Assembly (NCBI GenBank): GCA_964016885.1
Contig: OZ024758.1
Coordinates: 23,932,001-23,996,000, forward strand
Direction: 5' to 3'
Source of the DNA: Eledone cirrhosa
Taxonomy: Eukaryota
DNA: 64,000 bases
Shown: piece after piece, positions 25,261 to 36,839 of the stretch
Position numbering within the stretch: position 1 is the stretch's first letter
How the letters are laid out: each line of letters starts with the position of its first letter
Program-made: the position numbers and the translations under genes
Notes under the pieces: generated by a model
Databases searched by the model: none
What the model saw: only the letters and a program-made list of their open reading frames with translations
Told to the model about the DNA's origin: nothing

Positions 25261-25421
25261 TCTGCTGGACATCACCAGAGGGCGTCAGCCCCCGGTGTTT
25301 GTATAGCTACGGCTTCCTAAAACCGTATTTCTTTAGAAATACGAAATTTCTATACATATTGTATAAAGCTATGCTTGAAGCGAAATCTTATTTCTTTTGT
25401 ATTATTAATATTCGAAAAACT

Positions 25422-25518
<97 letters not shown>

Positions 25519-26368
25519 TATATATATATATATAAGTTAAAACAATGAAATAAAAAATCAAGTCATTAGAGATATACTTCACTGTTTTACAATCGTTTCT
25601 AGGTGATGATAATACATTGTAGCTATACTCCGTTATTGATCTATGTAAGGTTAGTTACAAAATATCAGATAAAGAGAATATTTACTTACATGCATATCAC
25701 CAGCTGTTTTCAAAAGCAATGATATATAAAGATCGTTTAAGGTAATCCTGCTAGAGATTATGAGTACTCTGTGTTGAGGATAGTTTTAACGTACGGCGTT
25801 GTTTGACTCAACAAGAAATTTGCTTAGTCAGGTGGCCAGTTTAACAGAGTTCCTAGGCAGGCGGTTCTTGGAGTAATAATAGTAAAGGAATGAAGAATAA
25901 TATGGTCGACTGTACAATAGAGTTTATTTACAGTATTAACAATTGTTCCTTTAATCTGATCAGTATTCTGATAATTTGATCAGGCATAGACTGTAATTAA
26001 GGTCGAGTGACGTAACTTCTAACGATCAGCGACTTTTAGACTCACCTGGTTAAAGAAACAATTGTTAATACTGTAAATAAACGACCATGTTATTCTTCAT
26101 TCTTTTACTATCTATCTATCTATCTATCTCTATATATATCTATCTACCTATCTGGGGATGGACACACGCGTATAACTTGCTGAGTAAGTTCTGTTTAAAT
26201 TTCTATAGAAATTCTTGTCTGATAACTTTAATTTTTGTACCATTTTGTAGAGGGACTGCCAGGTCAAACTTTGATCTGGTCAGTCTCTCAAAATATTCTA
26301 CGCCTTTAGGCGAAATAGTTAAAAAAAAAAAAAAGTTTTTTCTTGTTGAAAAGTCAATATTTTTTTAA

Positions 26369-28159
26369 ATGGCCGAAGCTTCTTCACCAAAATTCGAAGG
26401 AGGAAAGGGGAAGATGAACTTACAGCTTCCCCCTGCCACTGTCACAGTAGCAGAGGTCAAGAAGAAAGGTCAGCCAGAGGAAGAATTCTCTCCACCTGTT
26501 AACCGACAACTTGACGTTGCCATGGCAACAACCCAAAGAACCAGCAGCAACAGCAACAACAACAACAATGCGACGGACGAAAACAACACCAATAACAATA
26601 ACAATAACAACAACAACAAGACCAATAACGGTGACAACAACAACAATGATAACAACAACACCACCAACGACAACAACAACACAAACAAACAAAATTTCTC
26701 CTTCGCCGAGACGACAAGGAAAACCCTCGACTATCTGCCAGTAGATATAACAAAAGCGAAGGAGCTACTGGCGGATGCGAAAAAATATATAGTGTACGGG
26801 GAAAATGGTTCTTTCACAATCCATTCCCCCCCGGAACTAAAAAGCCAGAGACTCCTAAACACGGTCATGTTTAGGACAATCTCGAACAAAAGTAAAAAAC
26901 CAGCTCAACCATCACAGAGCGAGATAGAGCTGGTTTTAAAAGACGTCATGAAGGACATCACCTTCATTCAGAAGGATAGACTCTACGGGAGTCTATCCAT
27001 TCTCATGAAGGACAGGGACACAGCAATGAAACTGTCCATCAAACCAATCACATCCACCGCATACACCTTCTACCCTACGTACATGGGTAGAAGAACACAA
27101 AAAATAAAAATCCACACCATCCTGCCGATTATGGACATATGGTGGGTTTTGACAGGTTTTCTGGACCTGGAGGATGACATGCTGGTGTCCATGGGAAAGG
27201 CATCGGGTGACGCGTTCAGTGGAACGAGCCTCGAACTTGTAGTTCAAATGAGGCCCGAAAGGATCGCCCAGATCCCTGAACGCGTCATACTGGATGATCT
27301 AACCTTCATCAACATTACCGTTGAGGGTAGACGGCCCTCGTGTTACCTCTGCGGAACCAGAGGTCACCTGAGGGCTGTCTGTCCCCAACTTAATAAGAAA
27401 ACCCCAATCCTGCCTACACCACCAACAACTGCACAACCAACACAATCACCACAACTACCACTACAAAAACAACCACCACAGCTCAAACCAAAACAAAACA
27501 ATGTCCAACCCATCCCCTCCACTCAAAAAACAAAAACAATTTCCAAAACACCCGTACCGCAAACACAACCCGAAAATATACCCCTCCCCTCCAACGCGGA
27601 AGATGACCCTAGTTCGTCGTCAGACGAGGAGGAGCACTTCCACACAATCAAAAGAAAAAAAAGAAAACACACCTCAGACACACAAATGAAAAATAACCCT
27701 CCCCAAAACATAACACTGACACCAACACAAAAGAGCTCACAACAGCAAACAAAAAACACCACACAAAAACAAAAACATGCATACACATACATAAATACAA
27801 GAAACAAAAAACTGTTAAACATTGTGTACAACAACAATCTAATAAAAACACAAGGGCCTAACTTCACCCAGGCAGGGGATTTCCCCCACCTCAAAATGAT
27901 TAAGGCCCCACAGGACACCTATAAAACTCTAAAAAACAATTTTAAAGAGGACGTGGGTCCCCCCTGCGTCGGGCCCATTAACCGCGTCCTCCTAAAAAAC
28001 TATCCCACCCCCTCCCCAAACACCCACACAACTCCAAGCTCCCCAACCACACAACACACTGATGCCCCCACACTTCCACAAACCACCCCCCCACCCAACA
28101 ACCCACCCCCCACCCTAATGGAAATTGTGCAGCCCGATACCCGGGACGCAGAGAGGTAA
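26369..28159 (+). CDS. LINE ORF1p (nucleic-acid binding, CCHC zinc knuckle)
   Basis: 596 aa, CYLCGTRGHLRAVC knuckle, N-terminal Asn-rich tract, Pro/Gln/Thr-rich disordered C-terminal half, basic KRKKRK. Confidence 0.85.
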   Translation: MAEASSPKFEGGKGKMNLQLPPATVTVAEVKKKGQPEEEFSPPVNRQLDVAMATTQRTSSNSNNNNNATDENNTNNNNNNNNNKTNNGDNNNNDNNNTTNDNNNTNKQNFSFAETTRKTLDYLPVDITKAKELLADAKKYIVYGENGSFTIHSPPELKSQRLLNTVMFRTISNKSKKPAQPSQSEIELVLKDVMKDITFIQKDRLYGSLSILMKDRDTAMKLSIKPITSTAYTFYPTYMGRRTQKIKIHTILPIMDIWWVLTGFLDLEDDMLVSMGKASGDAFSGTSLELVVQMRPERIAQIPERVILDDLTFINITVEGRRPSCYLCGTRGHLRAVCPQLNKKTPILPTPPTTAQPTQSPQLPLQKQPPQLKPKQNNVQPIPSTQKTKTISKTPVPQTQPENIPLPSNAEDDPSSSSDEEEHFHTIKRKKRKHTSDTQMKNNPPQNITLTPTQKSSQQQTKNTTQKQKHAYTYINTRNKKLLNIVYNNNLIKTQGPNFTQAGDFPHLKMIKAPQDTYKTLKNNFKEDVGPPCVGPINRVLLKNYPTPSPNTHTTPSSPTTQHTDAPTLPQTTPPPNNPPPTLMEIVQPDTRDAER

Positions 28160-28183
28160 GTGCCTTTTCTCTTCACCACCAAC

Positions 28184-31100
28184 ATGGCTATGCTAAGAGT
28201 AGGCTGTTTAAATGCGCGTGGCCTGGGCTCAACTTGGAAGCAAGCAATGCTTCTAAATGACCTCAGGTCACAACGTATAGATGTGATGGTTATTTGCGAG
28301 GCCCGGATCAGCAACGTGCGACAGCTGGCCCCCACCTTTGATGACTTTGAGATGCACGCATCTCTCTGTCAGCCCGGAGGTGGGGGTGGAGTTGTCGTTC
28401 TGCTGCAAAAACATCTGGGTCTCGCAACACAGATGGTACATTTGGACCCGGAGGGTCGACTAGTGGTTCTGGACCTTGGCAGTGGTAAAGGCGGAGCGTT
28501 TAGGTTGGTAGCCGCCTACGGCCCTTTCGGGTCAATGCGGCCGGACTTCTTCCATCGTCTGGAGACTTTTCTAGGGACGTCCCGCTCCTTGCTATTAGTG
28601 GGGGACTGGAATGGTATCCTAGATGCACGCTGGGACTACGTAGGGGCCTGCCCTGATAGAGAGGGGTGTAATAGCCTCAAAGGGTTAATCGGTCGATTTG
28701 ACCTGGCCGATAGATATCGACTAGATTTTCCGACTGCGCCAACCTGGACTTGGGCAAATCGTAGCGGATCATCTAGGTCGTACCTAGATAGGTTCTTAGT
28801 TAGAATTAAGGATAAGGACTTTTTAAGTTGTCCAAAAATGCGCATGGTTGGCTATTCAGACCACAAATTAGTGACCTGCATGGTCAACCTTGACAGAACT
28901 CATAGACAGGGCCCCGGTTACTGGAAGCTCAACTTGTCCTTGCCGGCAAGTAGAGCCTACAGGAATCGGATTAGTACGTTAGTTAAGGAACGGTTGACTG
29001 GAGCGATCGTCAACAGCAGGTGGTGGGTATCTCTAAAGAGAGAGATTAGAGTAGTCTCGATAGAATTTAGTAAGGTTCTAGCTGCGGATAGGAATAGGAA
29101 GGAAAGGGAGCTAATAGATAGAGTAGAAGAGGCAATTAGAAGCGGCGACGTGGCCAGAGTGCTAGCGTCGAGAACGGCTTTGAGCCAGTTTTTCGACGCG
29201 AAGCACGAAGGCTGCGTTGTCCGAAGTAAAATACGTGCTCTAGGGAACGAGGGGACCAAAGCTGTTAGCTGGGCCCGCGTGACAGAGGCCAACAGTGGAA
29301 CTAAATCCACCATCCGGTCTTTGCGAGACCTGGATGGACGGGCGATTCTTGAGCCTAAGCAGATGTGTGAGGCCTTTCAAAGGCACTTTGCCCGACTGTT
29401 CGGGAGGGGCGGGGAGCCGGTTGGGAACGTGGACTTCGGTCCATACCTCGACGGCCTGCCGCGCCTCTCGGACAGGGAGGCGAAGTCCTGCGAGGAGCCG
29501 ATTTCGGCCGCTGAGATAGAGGACGTGCTGAGCCAATGCGGCAAACGCAAATCCCCGGGTCTCGATGGTCTTCCTTACGAATTATATCTAGCTATGCCGG
29601 ACTTGTTCCCCGATCTCCTCGAGGCGGTCTACTGCAACTGGCAACAGAACGGGAGAATTCCCTGTACTGTGACCAAGGGCGTAGTCACGCTAGTGAGGAA
29701 GGACGAGAACAAGGGGGACGAAATAAGTAACTTCAGGCCCATAACACTGCTAAATACAGAGTTACAGATTTTGGCCAAGGTGCTAGCAAAGAGGTTGGCG
29801 CTTGTCGTGGGCAACCTGGTGGGAGATGCGCAGACATGCGCTATCCCGTCCAGGTCCATCCATGACAACCTCCACCTCATGCGATACATCATAGAGAGGG
29901 TTGGGAACGAACCCGGCTTTGGTGGGGCTCTGATCAACTTGGATCAATCTAAGGCGTTCGATAGGGTCGACCATGGTTACCTGGATGCGGTGCTAGCGGC
30001 GGCAGGCTTCGGACCCGTTTTCAGGGGCTGGATCACTGCTATGCACAGCAGCCGCATCTGCTCTAGGGTCAAGGTGAACGGCTACCTCTCGGAGCCGTTC
30101 AAAATCGCGCGGTCCATCCGACAAGGGTGCCCTCTCTCCTCCCTTCTGTATGTGTTGACTCTCGAGCCACTACTGCGGAAGTTGGAGTTGTTGCAGGGCA
30201 TCCCTTTGGAACCGGGATTGCGGAAAGCGGTGTCAGCCTACGCCGATGACGTGACAGTAATGGTGTCGACAGCCTCCGAAATCGAGGCGGTCGGCACCTT
30301 ACTGGAGGAGTACGAAAAGTTCACAGGGGCTAAGCTGAACCGGGACAAGTCGATCGGTTTGCAACTCGGCACGTGGAGGGGCAGACCGATGCCCTCCGAT
30401 GGCGTCGTCGGACGCTGGACGGAGGGCCCGGTGAAGTTGCTCGGGGTCTGGTTCGGACCGGACCTCCAGGTGGAGAAAAACTGGGCGGAGGTTACGAACA
30501 GGGTGTTTGCACTGACCCAGAAGTGGGCCAGTTGCAAACTATCCCTGAAAGGTCGGGCGGAGGTGGCGAACACCTACATAGCGTCCGTCATCTACTACCG
30601 CCTGACCGTAGTGCCCTGCCCAAGGGAAACCCTCACCAAGATGGAGCGCGCGCTCTTCCAATTCCTTTGGAAGAGGCGGGCTCCTATGGTGAGGAGATCC
30701 ATCTGCTGTCAACACCCTTCGAAAGGAGGGCTGGGGATGCCGTGGCTAATGATGCGTAAACACGCATTAAGGCTACGGCACCTCTACGTATTCCTCACCG
30801 GACAACCGGTGTGGGCCTCGTTTGTGAGACGAACCTTTCCCAGACTCGTCTCACTCACCGAGCTGCAATCCTGGGTCAAGCAAAGACCGAGAAAACTGGG
30901 CGCCTGGCACACTGAGTGTGCCCAGGCGCTCACCGCCCTCTGGCAGGCGGATCCGGTTATCAGTGGAGACTCCACCGCAACATTCTATAGAGGGCTGGTA
31001 CGCAGCAGGTGCGACGACGCCCTCGGAGAAGCCCTAGACATGGAGGAGGACGAACTGGCCAGCCTGTTCGGTAGGACATTCAGCCCGGGACCTATGGACA

Positions 31101-31621
31101 ACTTCCAGAAGTCCCTGGCCTGGCAGTGCTACCGAGGGGCTTTACCCGTTCGAGAAAGGCTCTACAGACACGGGCGCCCGGGTAGGGACCCCGCCAAAAA
31201 GATCTGTCCCAGATGCGTGTGCGACGAGGAAACCGTTGCACACGCATTGGTACACTGCTCGGGCGTAGCCGATCTGTGGGGCTATGTCGAACAACTGCTG
31301 TCAAGGGTGGGACCGATCCGGTTGACCACCGAGTCTATTGTAATGATCAAGCCGCCTCCCCCCTTCAAAGATGAAGCAGAGGCGGTGTTTCTGTGCGTAA
31401 TAGCCATGGCGAAAGAGGTTGTATGGTGGACGCGTCTGAAAGGACTGAGGTCGGGCACCTTTCTCTCTGGCCAACAACTGGTCCGTTTCTTCCGATATCA
31501 TTTCGGAAGAAGGATCAGGATGGAGAGAGAGGTGCTGCACCCCAGCCGTTTCTATGAAAGATGGGTGAAAGTGGCGAGAATGGCCCGTGTGAATGGGCCT
31601 TCACTCTACATCAGACTATAG
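28184..31621 (+). CDS. LINE ORF2p: APE endonuclease + reverse transcriptase + C-terminal zinc finger
   Basis: APE motifs LNARGL, GDWN, YLDRF, SDH. RT motifs KSPGLDG, FRPITLLN, LDQSKAFDRV, RQGCPLS, YADD. C-terminal CPRC...ETVAHALVHC. First ATG at 28184; the frame is open from 28160. Confidence 0.95.
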   Translation: MAMLRVGCLNARGLGSTWKQAMLLNDLRSQRIDVMVICEARISNVRQLAPTFDDFEMHASLCQPGGGGGVVVLLQKHLGLATQMVHLDPEGRLVVLDLGSGKGGAFRLVAAYGPFGSMRPDFFHRLETFLGTSRSLLLVGDWNGILDARWDYVGACPDREGCNSLKGLIGRFDLADRYRLDFPTAPTWTWANRSGSSRSYLDRFLVRIKDKDFLSCPKMRMVGYSDHKLVTCMVNLDRTHRQGPGYWKLNLSLPASRAYRNRISTLVKERLTGAIVNSRWWVSLKREIRVVSIEFSKVLAADRNRKERELIDRVEEAIRSGDVARVLASRTALSQFFDAKHEGCVVRSKIRALGNEGTKAVSWARVTEANSGTKSTIRSLRDLDGRAILEPKQMCEAFQRHFARLFGRGGEPVGNVDFGPYLDGLPRLSDREAKSCEEPISAAEIEDVLSQCGKRKSPGLDGLPYELYLAMPDLFPDLLEAVYCNWQQNGRIPCTVTKGVVTLVRKDENKGDEISNFRPITLLNTELQILAKVLAKRLALVVGNLVGDAQTCAIPSRSIHDNLHLMRYIIERVGNEPGFGGALINLDQSKAFDRVDHGYLDAVLAAAGFGPVFRGWITAMHSSRICSRVKVNGYLSEPFKIARSIRQGCPLSSLLYVLTLEPLLRKLELLQGIPLEPGLRKAVSAYADDVTVMVSTASEIEAVGTLLEEYEKFTGAKLNRDKSIGLQLGTWRGRPMPSDGVVGRWTEGPVKLLGVWFGPDLQVEKNWAEVTNRVFALTQKWASCKLSLKGRAEVANTYIASVIYYRLTVVPCPRETLTKMERALFQFLWKRRAPMVRRSICCQHPSKGGLGMPWLMMRKHALRLRHLYVFLTGQPVWASFVRRTFPRLVSLTELQSWVKQRPRKLGAWHTECAQALTALWQADPVISGDSTATFYRGLVRSRCDDALGEALDMEEDELASLFGRTFSPGPMDNFQKSLAWQCYRGALPVRERLYRHGRPGRDPAKKICPRCVCDEETVAHALVHCSGVADLWGYVEQLLSRVGPIRLTTESIVMIKPPPPFKDEAEAVFLCVIAMAKEVVWWTRLKGLRSGTFLSGQQLVRFFRYHFGRRIRMEREVLHPSRFYERWVKVARMARVNGPSLYIRL

Positions 31622-31918
31622 GTGAGGAAGATGAAAGACCAAGGGAGCACCCCTTCTCTGTGCTCCTGAGGAGAAGGGTTGCACACTTTTTTCGGGGGTG
31701 TGTGCGAGCCCCCAAGGCGCCTCCTCTCTATTGAGGATTTTGTTAAAAATTTTATTTTTTGTTATATCTTATTTTATTTTTATATTTTGTTATTGCCTCC
31801 TCCTTATTGAGGACGCCTTTTTGTGTAAACTCCCCCCTTTGTACTTGTCCCACTTTTGATGCCCTAGTGGCAAATAAAAGAAATATATCTATCTCTATAT
31901 ATATCTATATATATATAA

Positions 31919-31952
<34 letters not shown>

Positions 31953-31953
31953 A

Positions 31954-31987
<34 letters not shown>

Positions 31988-31990
<3 letters not shown>

Positions 31991-32055
31991 AAATACCAAA
32001 GAGTCAATATGCCATAAAACTAGTTTTATGGCATATTGACTCTTTGGTGTTTCTT
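31988..32055. repeat. Near-perfect palindrome next to (TA)n
   Basis: aagaaataccaaagagtcaatatgccataaaact|agttttatggcatattgactctttggtgtttctt. Confidence 0.85.
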
Positions 32056-32143
32056 AATCTTTATATATCAGCTCTGCATGAACGCCATTGTACCAGGCAT
32101 CACACTCTCTGGTAAAGTCTATACCCAATAATAACGACACTTT

Positions 32144-32183
<40 letters not shown>

Positions 32184-32188
<5 letters not shown>

Positions 32189-32483
32189 GAATATTCGAAA
32201 ATATTCTGTATGTTTATAATAAACATTTTGAAGACCTAATCGCTATAGAATAGAATACGTCATGTACACAGCTAAGTATTCTATAAGTCTCTAGCTGTGT
32301 CATTCTCGATAAAAGCACTGGATATGTAGTCCTGATGATTTCTAACGAGAATGAAACGCGTAGATTACTTCCCTTGCTTTTATCGAGAATCTAATTGTAA
32401 TACGTGACGTATTCTATTCTATAGCGATTAGGTCTTCAAAATGTTTATTATAAACATACAGAATATTTTCGAATATTCTATGT
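32184..32483. mobile_element. Nested fold-back element between (TA)n runs, Penelope-like, containing a hammerhead
   Basis: Outer arms of ~79 bp (acatagaatattcg...tacgtca and tgacgta...attctatgt). Inner arms attctcgataaaagca/tgcttttatcgagaat. Confidence 0.75.
32326..32368 (+). ncRNA. Minimal type I hammerhead ribozyme
   Basis: gtagtc-CTGATGA-t ttct aacg agaa t-GAAA-CGCG-TA-gattac. Stem I gtagtc/gattac, stem II ttct/agaa, palindromic stem III, UA cleavage site at 32361-32362. Confidence 0.75.
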
Positions 32484-32521
32484 CTATATTCACATATATA
32501 TCGCTATTTCAGAGCATTTAT

Positions 32522-32573
<52 letters not shown>

Positions 32574-32631
32574 CAATGCTCTGATACCATCAACACTATA
32601 AACACAGAGCTGGCATATCTAAGAACTGACT

Positions 32632-32690
32632 AACTGCTTGATGAGGTCATAGCCATTCAATGGCTAACATCGAAATATATATAACAGTAA
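32632..32690 (+). ncRNA. Degenerate hammerhead-like motif
   Basis: actgc-TTGATGA-ggtcatagccattcaatggctaacatc-GAAA-TATA-TA-taacagt, with stem II tagcca/tggcta. Confidence 0.4.
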
Positions 32691-32729
32691 ATAAAGGATT
32701 ATGAGTTCATGCAATTGACTTATGTTTCG

Positions 32730-32816
<87 letters not shown>

Positions 32817-35248
32817 TTATTTGTGTGTGTATGTATAAAATGAGTATAACCAAAGTTGCAGCTGCACTATAGCAGATAAACAATCGAATCATGAGAGGCA
32901 ATCACGAAGCACTCAGTGAGTAAACAATTAATAAACTTCTACTCGGAGCGAACACAAAAGGTTAAGGAATAGTGACACCAAGAATAAAGCGATCATAAAA
33001 ATATTGACACCGTAATACAACATCGATATATACAAACAGGCCTGTCTCTCTCTGTGCTAAAAAGGCATCTAAACCATTCTATGTGACATCTCATTAAGTG
33101 AACCAATTACTCAAAGGTGGATTAGTGTTCTTTTCTTCCTGTGTTCTTTTCTTCTTTTCTAATAACGTTTTCCCTTAAAACTCATACAATTAACGCTTCT
33201 CCTGAAATAAATAAATTAAATTTCCTCTTGAAATTTAACAAGAATTAGTAGGCCGTGGTTCTGAAGTATCAATCTGCGTTTGATTAACTTACAAAATATT
33301 ATCATTGAATCTTCTAGCGATGAATACTTCTGGCCTAACGCTTTCTCTATTCTATTCACATCACTCAAGGAAGAATTAAACCATGTACGTCTTTCTAACT
33401 ATGTAAACTAACCACTAACCCGTACCAATTACTGGTGTGGAGATGACGGACGCATTACGTAGTTTCTGTATAATAATAATAATCTGCAGCGGCCATGACC
33501 CCATTACGTAATTGGCATGGAACTCACGTATAACCTATACTATCCTTAGGGACTAGCAACAACCACAACCCCTTACAAACCTGACCCGGTACACAGCTAC
33601 ACACCCTATACCCAACCAACAGCACCCGAACCGACTAAACTCAACAAATACCCTGTAGTCACCATTTAATTCGAAAACTTTAGCTATTAAACAAGCCAAC
33701 AAATCCGAGAAGGAACGAAGCGAAGTCATATGTCCAGCCAATAAATGGCCGAATGATCTAATCTAATCTAATCTGGCCGAGTTTGCACTGGCAAATAAGA
33801 AGAACCAGGGCCGCTCCAAGGAGCATTGGATGTCGGTTGCTGAATACAATCAGGGGTCGCTGCTTCTCCTGAAGGTCAATAGTTTTCTTCTAACTCGAGC
33901 GGGTGCGCCTCTCCATTGTCAATTTGCATTGATCATCTGCAAAGCCACATTGTTCTCAGAACCACTACACCAGTCTTTCGATGTGTGCAGCTGGAACTAC
34001 TGCCACCTATTGATTTGCCAGGTTTTTTTATTTTTATTTTTAGATGGCCGTTGACTCTTATGAGTTCTTCCGCCCTTTGTCTGGTTTTGTTTTTTGTTCT
34101 GCAACGTGTCCAAATAAACTTGGTGGGGTTGCCGGTTTAGTCACCGACGACCCGAGCATGCGACAGGTTGTACTGGGTTACATGCTACCAGTAGCACTCA
34201 ATAGTGAACTGACATAATGAATGAATACAACTATAAACCTTCAGAAACAACTGTGTATAAATATATAATGGAAATAATGAAACAAATAGAAACAAATAAA
34301 TCGTGATAAGACATAAAACCTTTACTTAATAAAGCATGTTATTCCAAGGCTAACACAAGACAAACAAAACTGTTGAGCATAAACCGTAATTGGAAAGATA
34401 ATAGATTCAAGTAAGTGAATATGCAACAGACACCCTACTCGCATCTTAATATTACATAACACATAAAATGTTAGAATAATTACTTAATATCAACGTATCC
34501 GCGAACACTTGTGTGTAATCCAATGCTGCCTGTTTGAAAGATGTAGAGAATACCACGCCGTCCTGCCATGAAGTAGCCTAAGTCATCAATCAACTATTAA
34601 CCCCATTATCATGCCAAGCTACGTTAGTAGGGGTCTTTGTCAGCTATTACACACGTGATATCAACCATCCCTTGCACGTTCAGACAAAGATGAATCACAA
34701 AAATACGTCAGGTATCTGTGACCGCCTAACAAAGCTTACAGTTGAACAAATAGAGTTAACAGTTCTATGGAAAACCCCAAACTATAAAACTACCACATAT
34801 CTTTCTCGATGTTTAGCCATTCGCTGCTTAAGTGTACACCCGAAATAGCCCCGAACCTTCTTAAAATCTCTCACTCACTCATATTCATACAGGATGGCTT
34901 CCCCCTCGTTATCGAGTATGGTCATTGCATGTTATAACATTATTAATAATTACTAATTAATGGTATCGTGCAATGCCTGTGCGTGGTGATTTTTTTTAAA
35001 GTGAGGAAAGACTGTGCACTGAGCAAATCCCACTCTCTGAGCGACAGTAGCTATAACCCGAAAAGAAGAAAATACCAACATCATCCGTAACTACCGATCC
35101 GCAGGTTTTATGTCGGAGTTTCCTGAGTTGCCTTCTCCTAGAAGAATGCCTCGACAAAGGCTAGGGGTCCTTCACTCCCAGTGGTTTAACCACGCGATCG
35201 GGTATCCAGCCCGATTATTTATATGTCCCCCTTCATAGACATACACAT

Positions 35249-35325
<77 letters not shown>

Positions 35326-36029
35326 TACATGCATACATGTATATACATATTTACACATTTCTGGATGGCCGTTGACTCTTACGAGTTCTTCCGACCTTTG
35401 TTAGGTTTTGCTTTTTGTCCTTCAGGGTGTCCAAAACCACCCTCCTCACCGACCCGACCATGCAAAAGGTTGTACTTGGTTACATGTTACCAGTAGTACT
35501 CAAGAGTGATCCGACATAATATATATACATACATAATGATATTGGACAGAGAATAAGGCATTTACATCAGTGAAAGTCAGCTGCCCAGCAGATGTTAATA
35601 TAATATTAAAGATTAGTGAAATTGAGCCACTGCAAATCTAATCCGTTAATGGAAGAGTAAAAATATGTAAAACATCCCAGAAATTTAGTATGTAATATAC
35701 TGCATATATATATATATATATATATGAACATTTTTGACCCCGACGGCAGAGCTCAAGCCGTTTCGACCGCTATTTCTGGACCTATTACCCACTCTACTAC
35801 CCTAAGTATTGAGTACTCTGGTGCGTTATGGTCCATCTGGTTCCTTACCCCACTCTCAAAAGCGTGAACCTAAATAAACCTTTATTTGTCTGCCTCTCTG
35901 TTTTGTTCCCGTATAAATTTGCACTATATATATATAGTAATAATAATAAATTTGAAGACTAAAATCCAAAGAGAGCTCGATAAGGGTGAAAGCAGCGATT
36001 CTTTGCTTAAACTTTAATCTGTTATTTTA

Positions 36030-36071
<42 letters not shown>

Positions 36072-36162
36072 ACAGATATAGAAATACATGTTTATGTGGA
36101 CATAGAAAAAAACACACACAAACACACAAACAGATACATACATCCATAGATAATTACCGAGC

Positions 36163-36198
36163 TGATGTCTAAATTCTAATGAAAGAGTCTTGTTTCTC

Positions 36199-36233
<35 letters not shown>

Positions 36234-36280
36234 CTCTCTGGTGATAAGTAATTAATAAATGAAATATAAAACCAGAAGAA
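36163..36280 (+). mobile_element. 3' UTR fragment of the R4/Dong-like family seen at the window end
   Basis: tctaaattc..atga.agagtcttgt...tctctctct...tataaaaccagaagaa matches the reverse complement of 63369-63470. Confidence 0.6.
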
Positions 36281-36343
36281 ACACGTTTACACACGATCAC
36301 ACATATTAGAAAGATATACACACACACATACATACATATACAT

Positions 36344-36590
36344 GTGGAGGCACGTGGCCTAGTAGTAAGGGTGTTGGACTGGGTTGCCTATTGTGTTCTT
36401 GAGCAAAACACTTCATTTCACGTTGCTCCAGTATACTCAGCTGAAAATGAGTACCACCAATAGCTGGGGATTTAACCACGCGATGGACTGGCGTCCTGTC
36501 CAGGGGGGAGTCTTGTACTCTCAGTCGCTTCACGCCATGAAACTGGGATAAGCACCGGCCAAATGAACCCTCTGGCTTAAGACAGACTTT
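36344..36590 (+). mobile_element. SINE with CORE-like and V-domain-like segments
   Basis: tggcctagtag head, tgtgttcttgagcaaaacactt, gcgatggactggcgtcctgtccagggg. Confidence 0.7.
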
Positions 36591-36629
36591 AGACTTTTTT
36601 TAGACATATACATATATATATATTTTACG

Positions 36630-36706
<77 letters not shown>

Positions 36707-36803
36707 TGAAGTGCGTGGCTTAGTGGTAAGGCTGAATGAATTCTTGCCGTTTCGACACTAGCTGTTGAAACGGCAGGAGCTCAGCCGTCGGGCCCCGACT
36801 CTT

Positions 36804-36839
<36 letters not shown>

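Larger units (their letters stand above)
26154..31883 (+). mobile_element. Full-length L1/Tx1-clade LINE
   Basis: Short 5'UTR, two uninterrupted ORFs, 3'UTR with AATAAA at 31873. Both flanks are (TATC/TA)n. Confidence 0.9.

Noticed and set aside
26420-31540. Short antisense and alternative-frame ORFs within the LINE
   Set aside because: Shadows of compositionally biased coding sequence.
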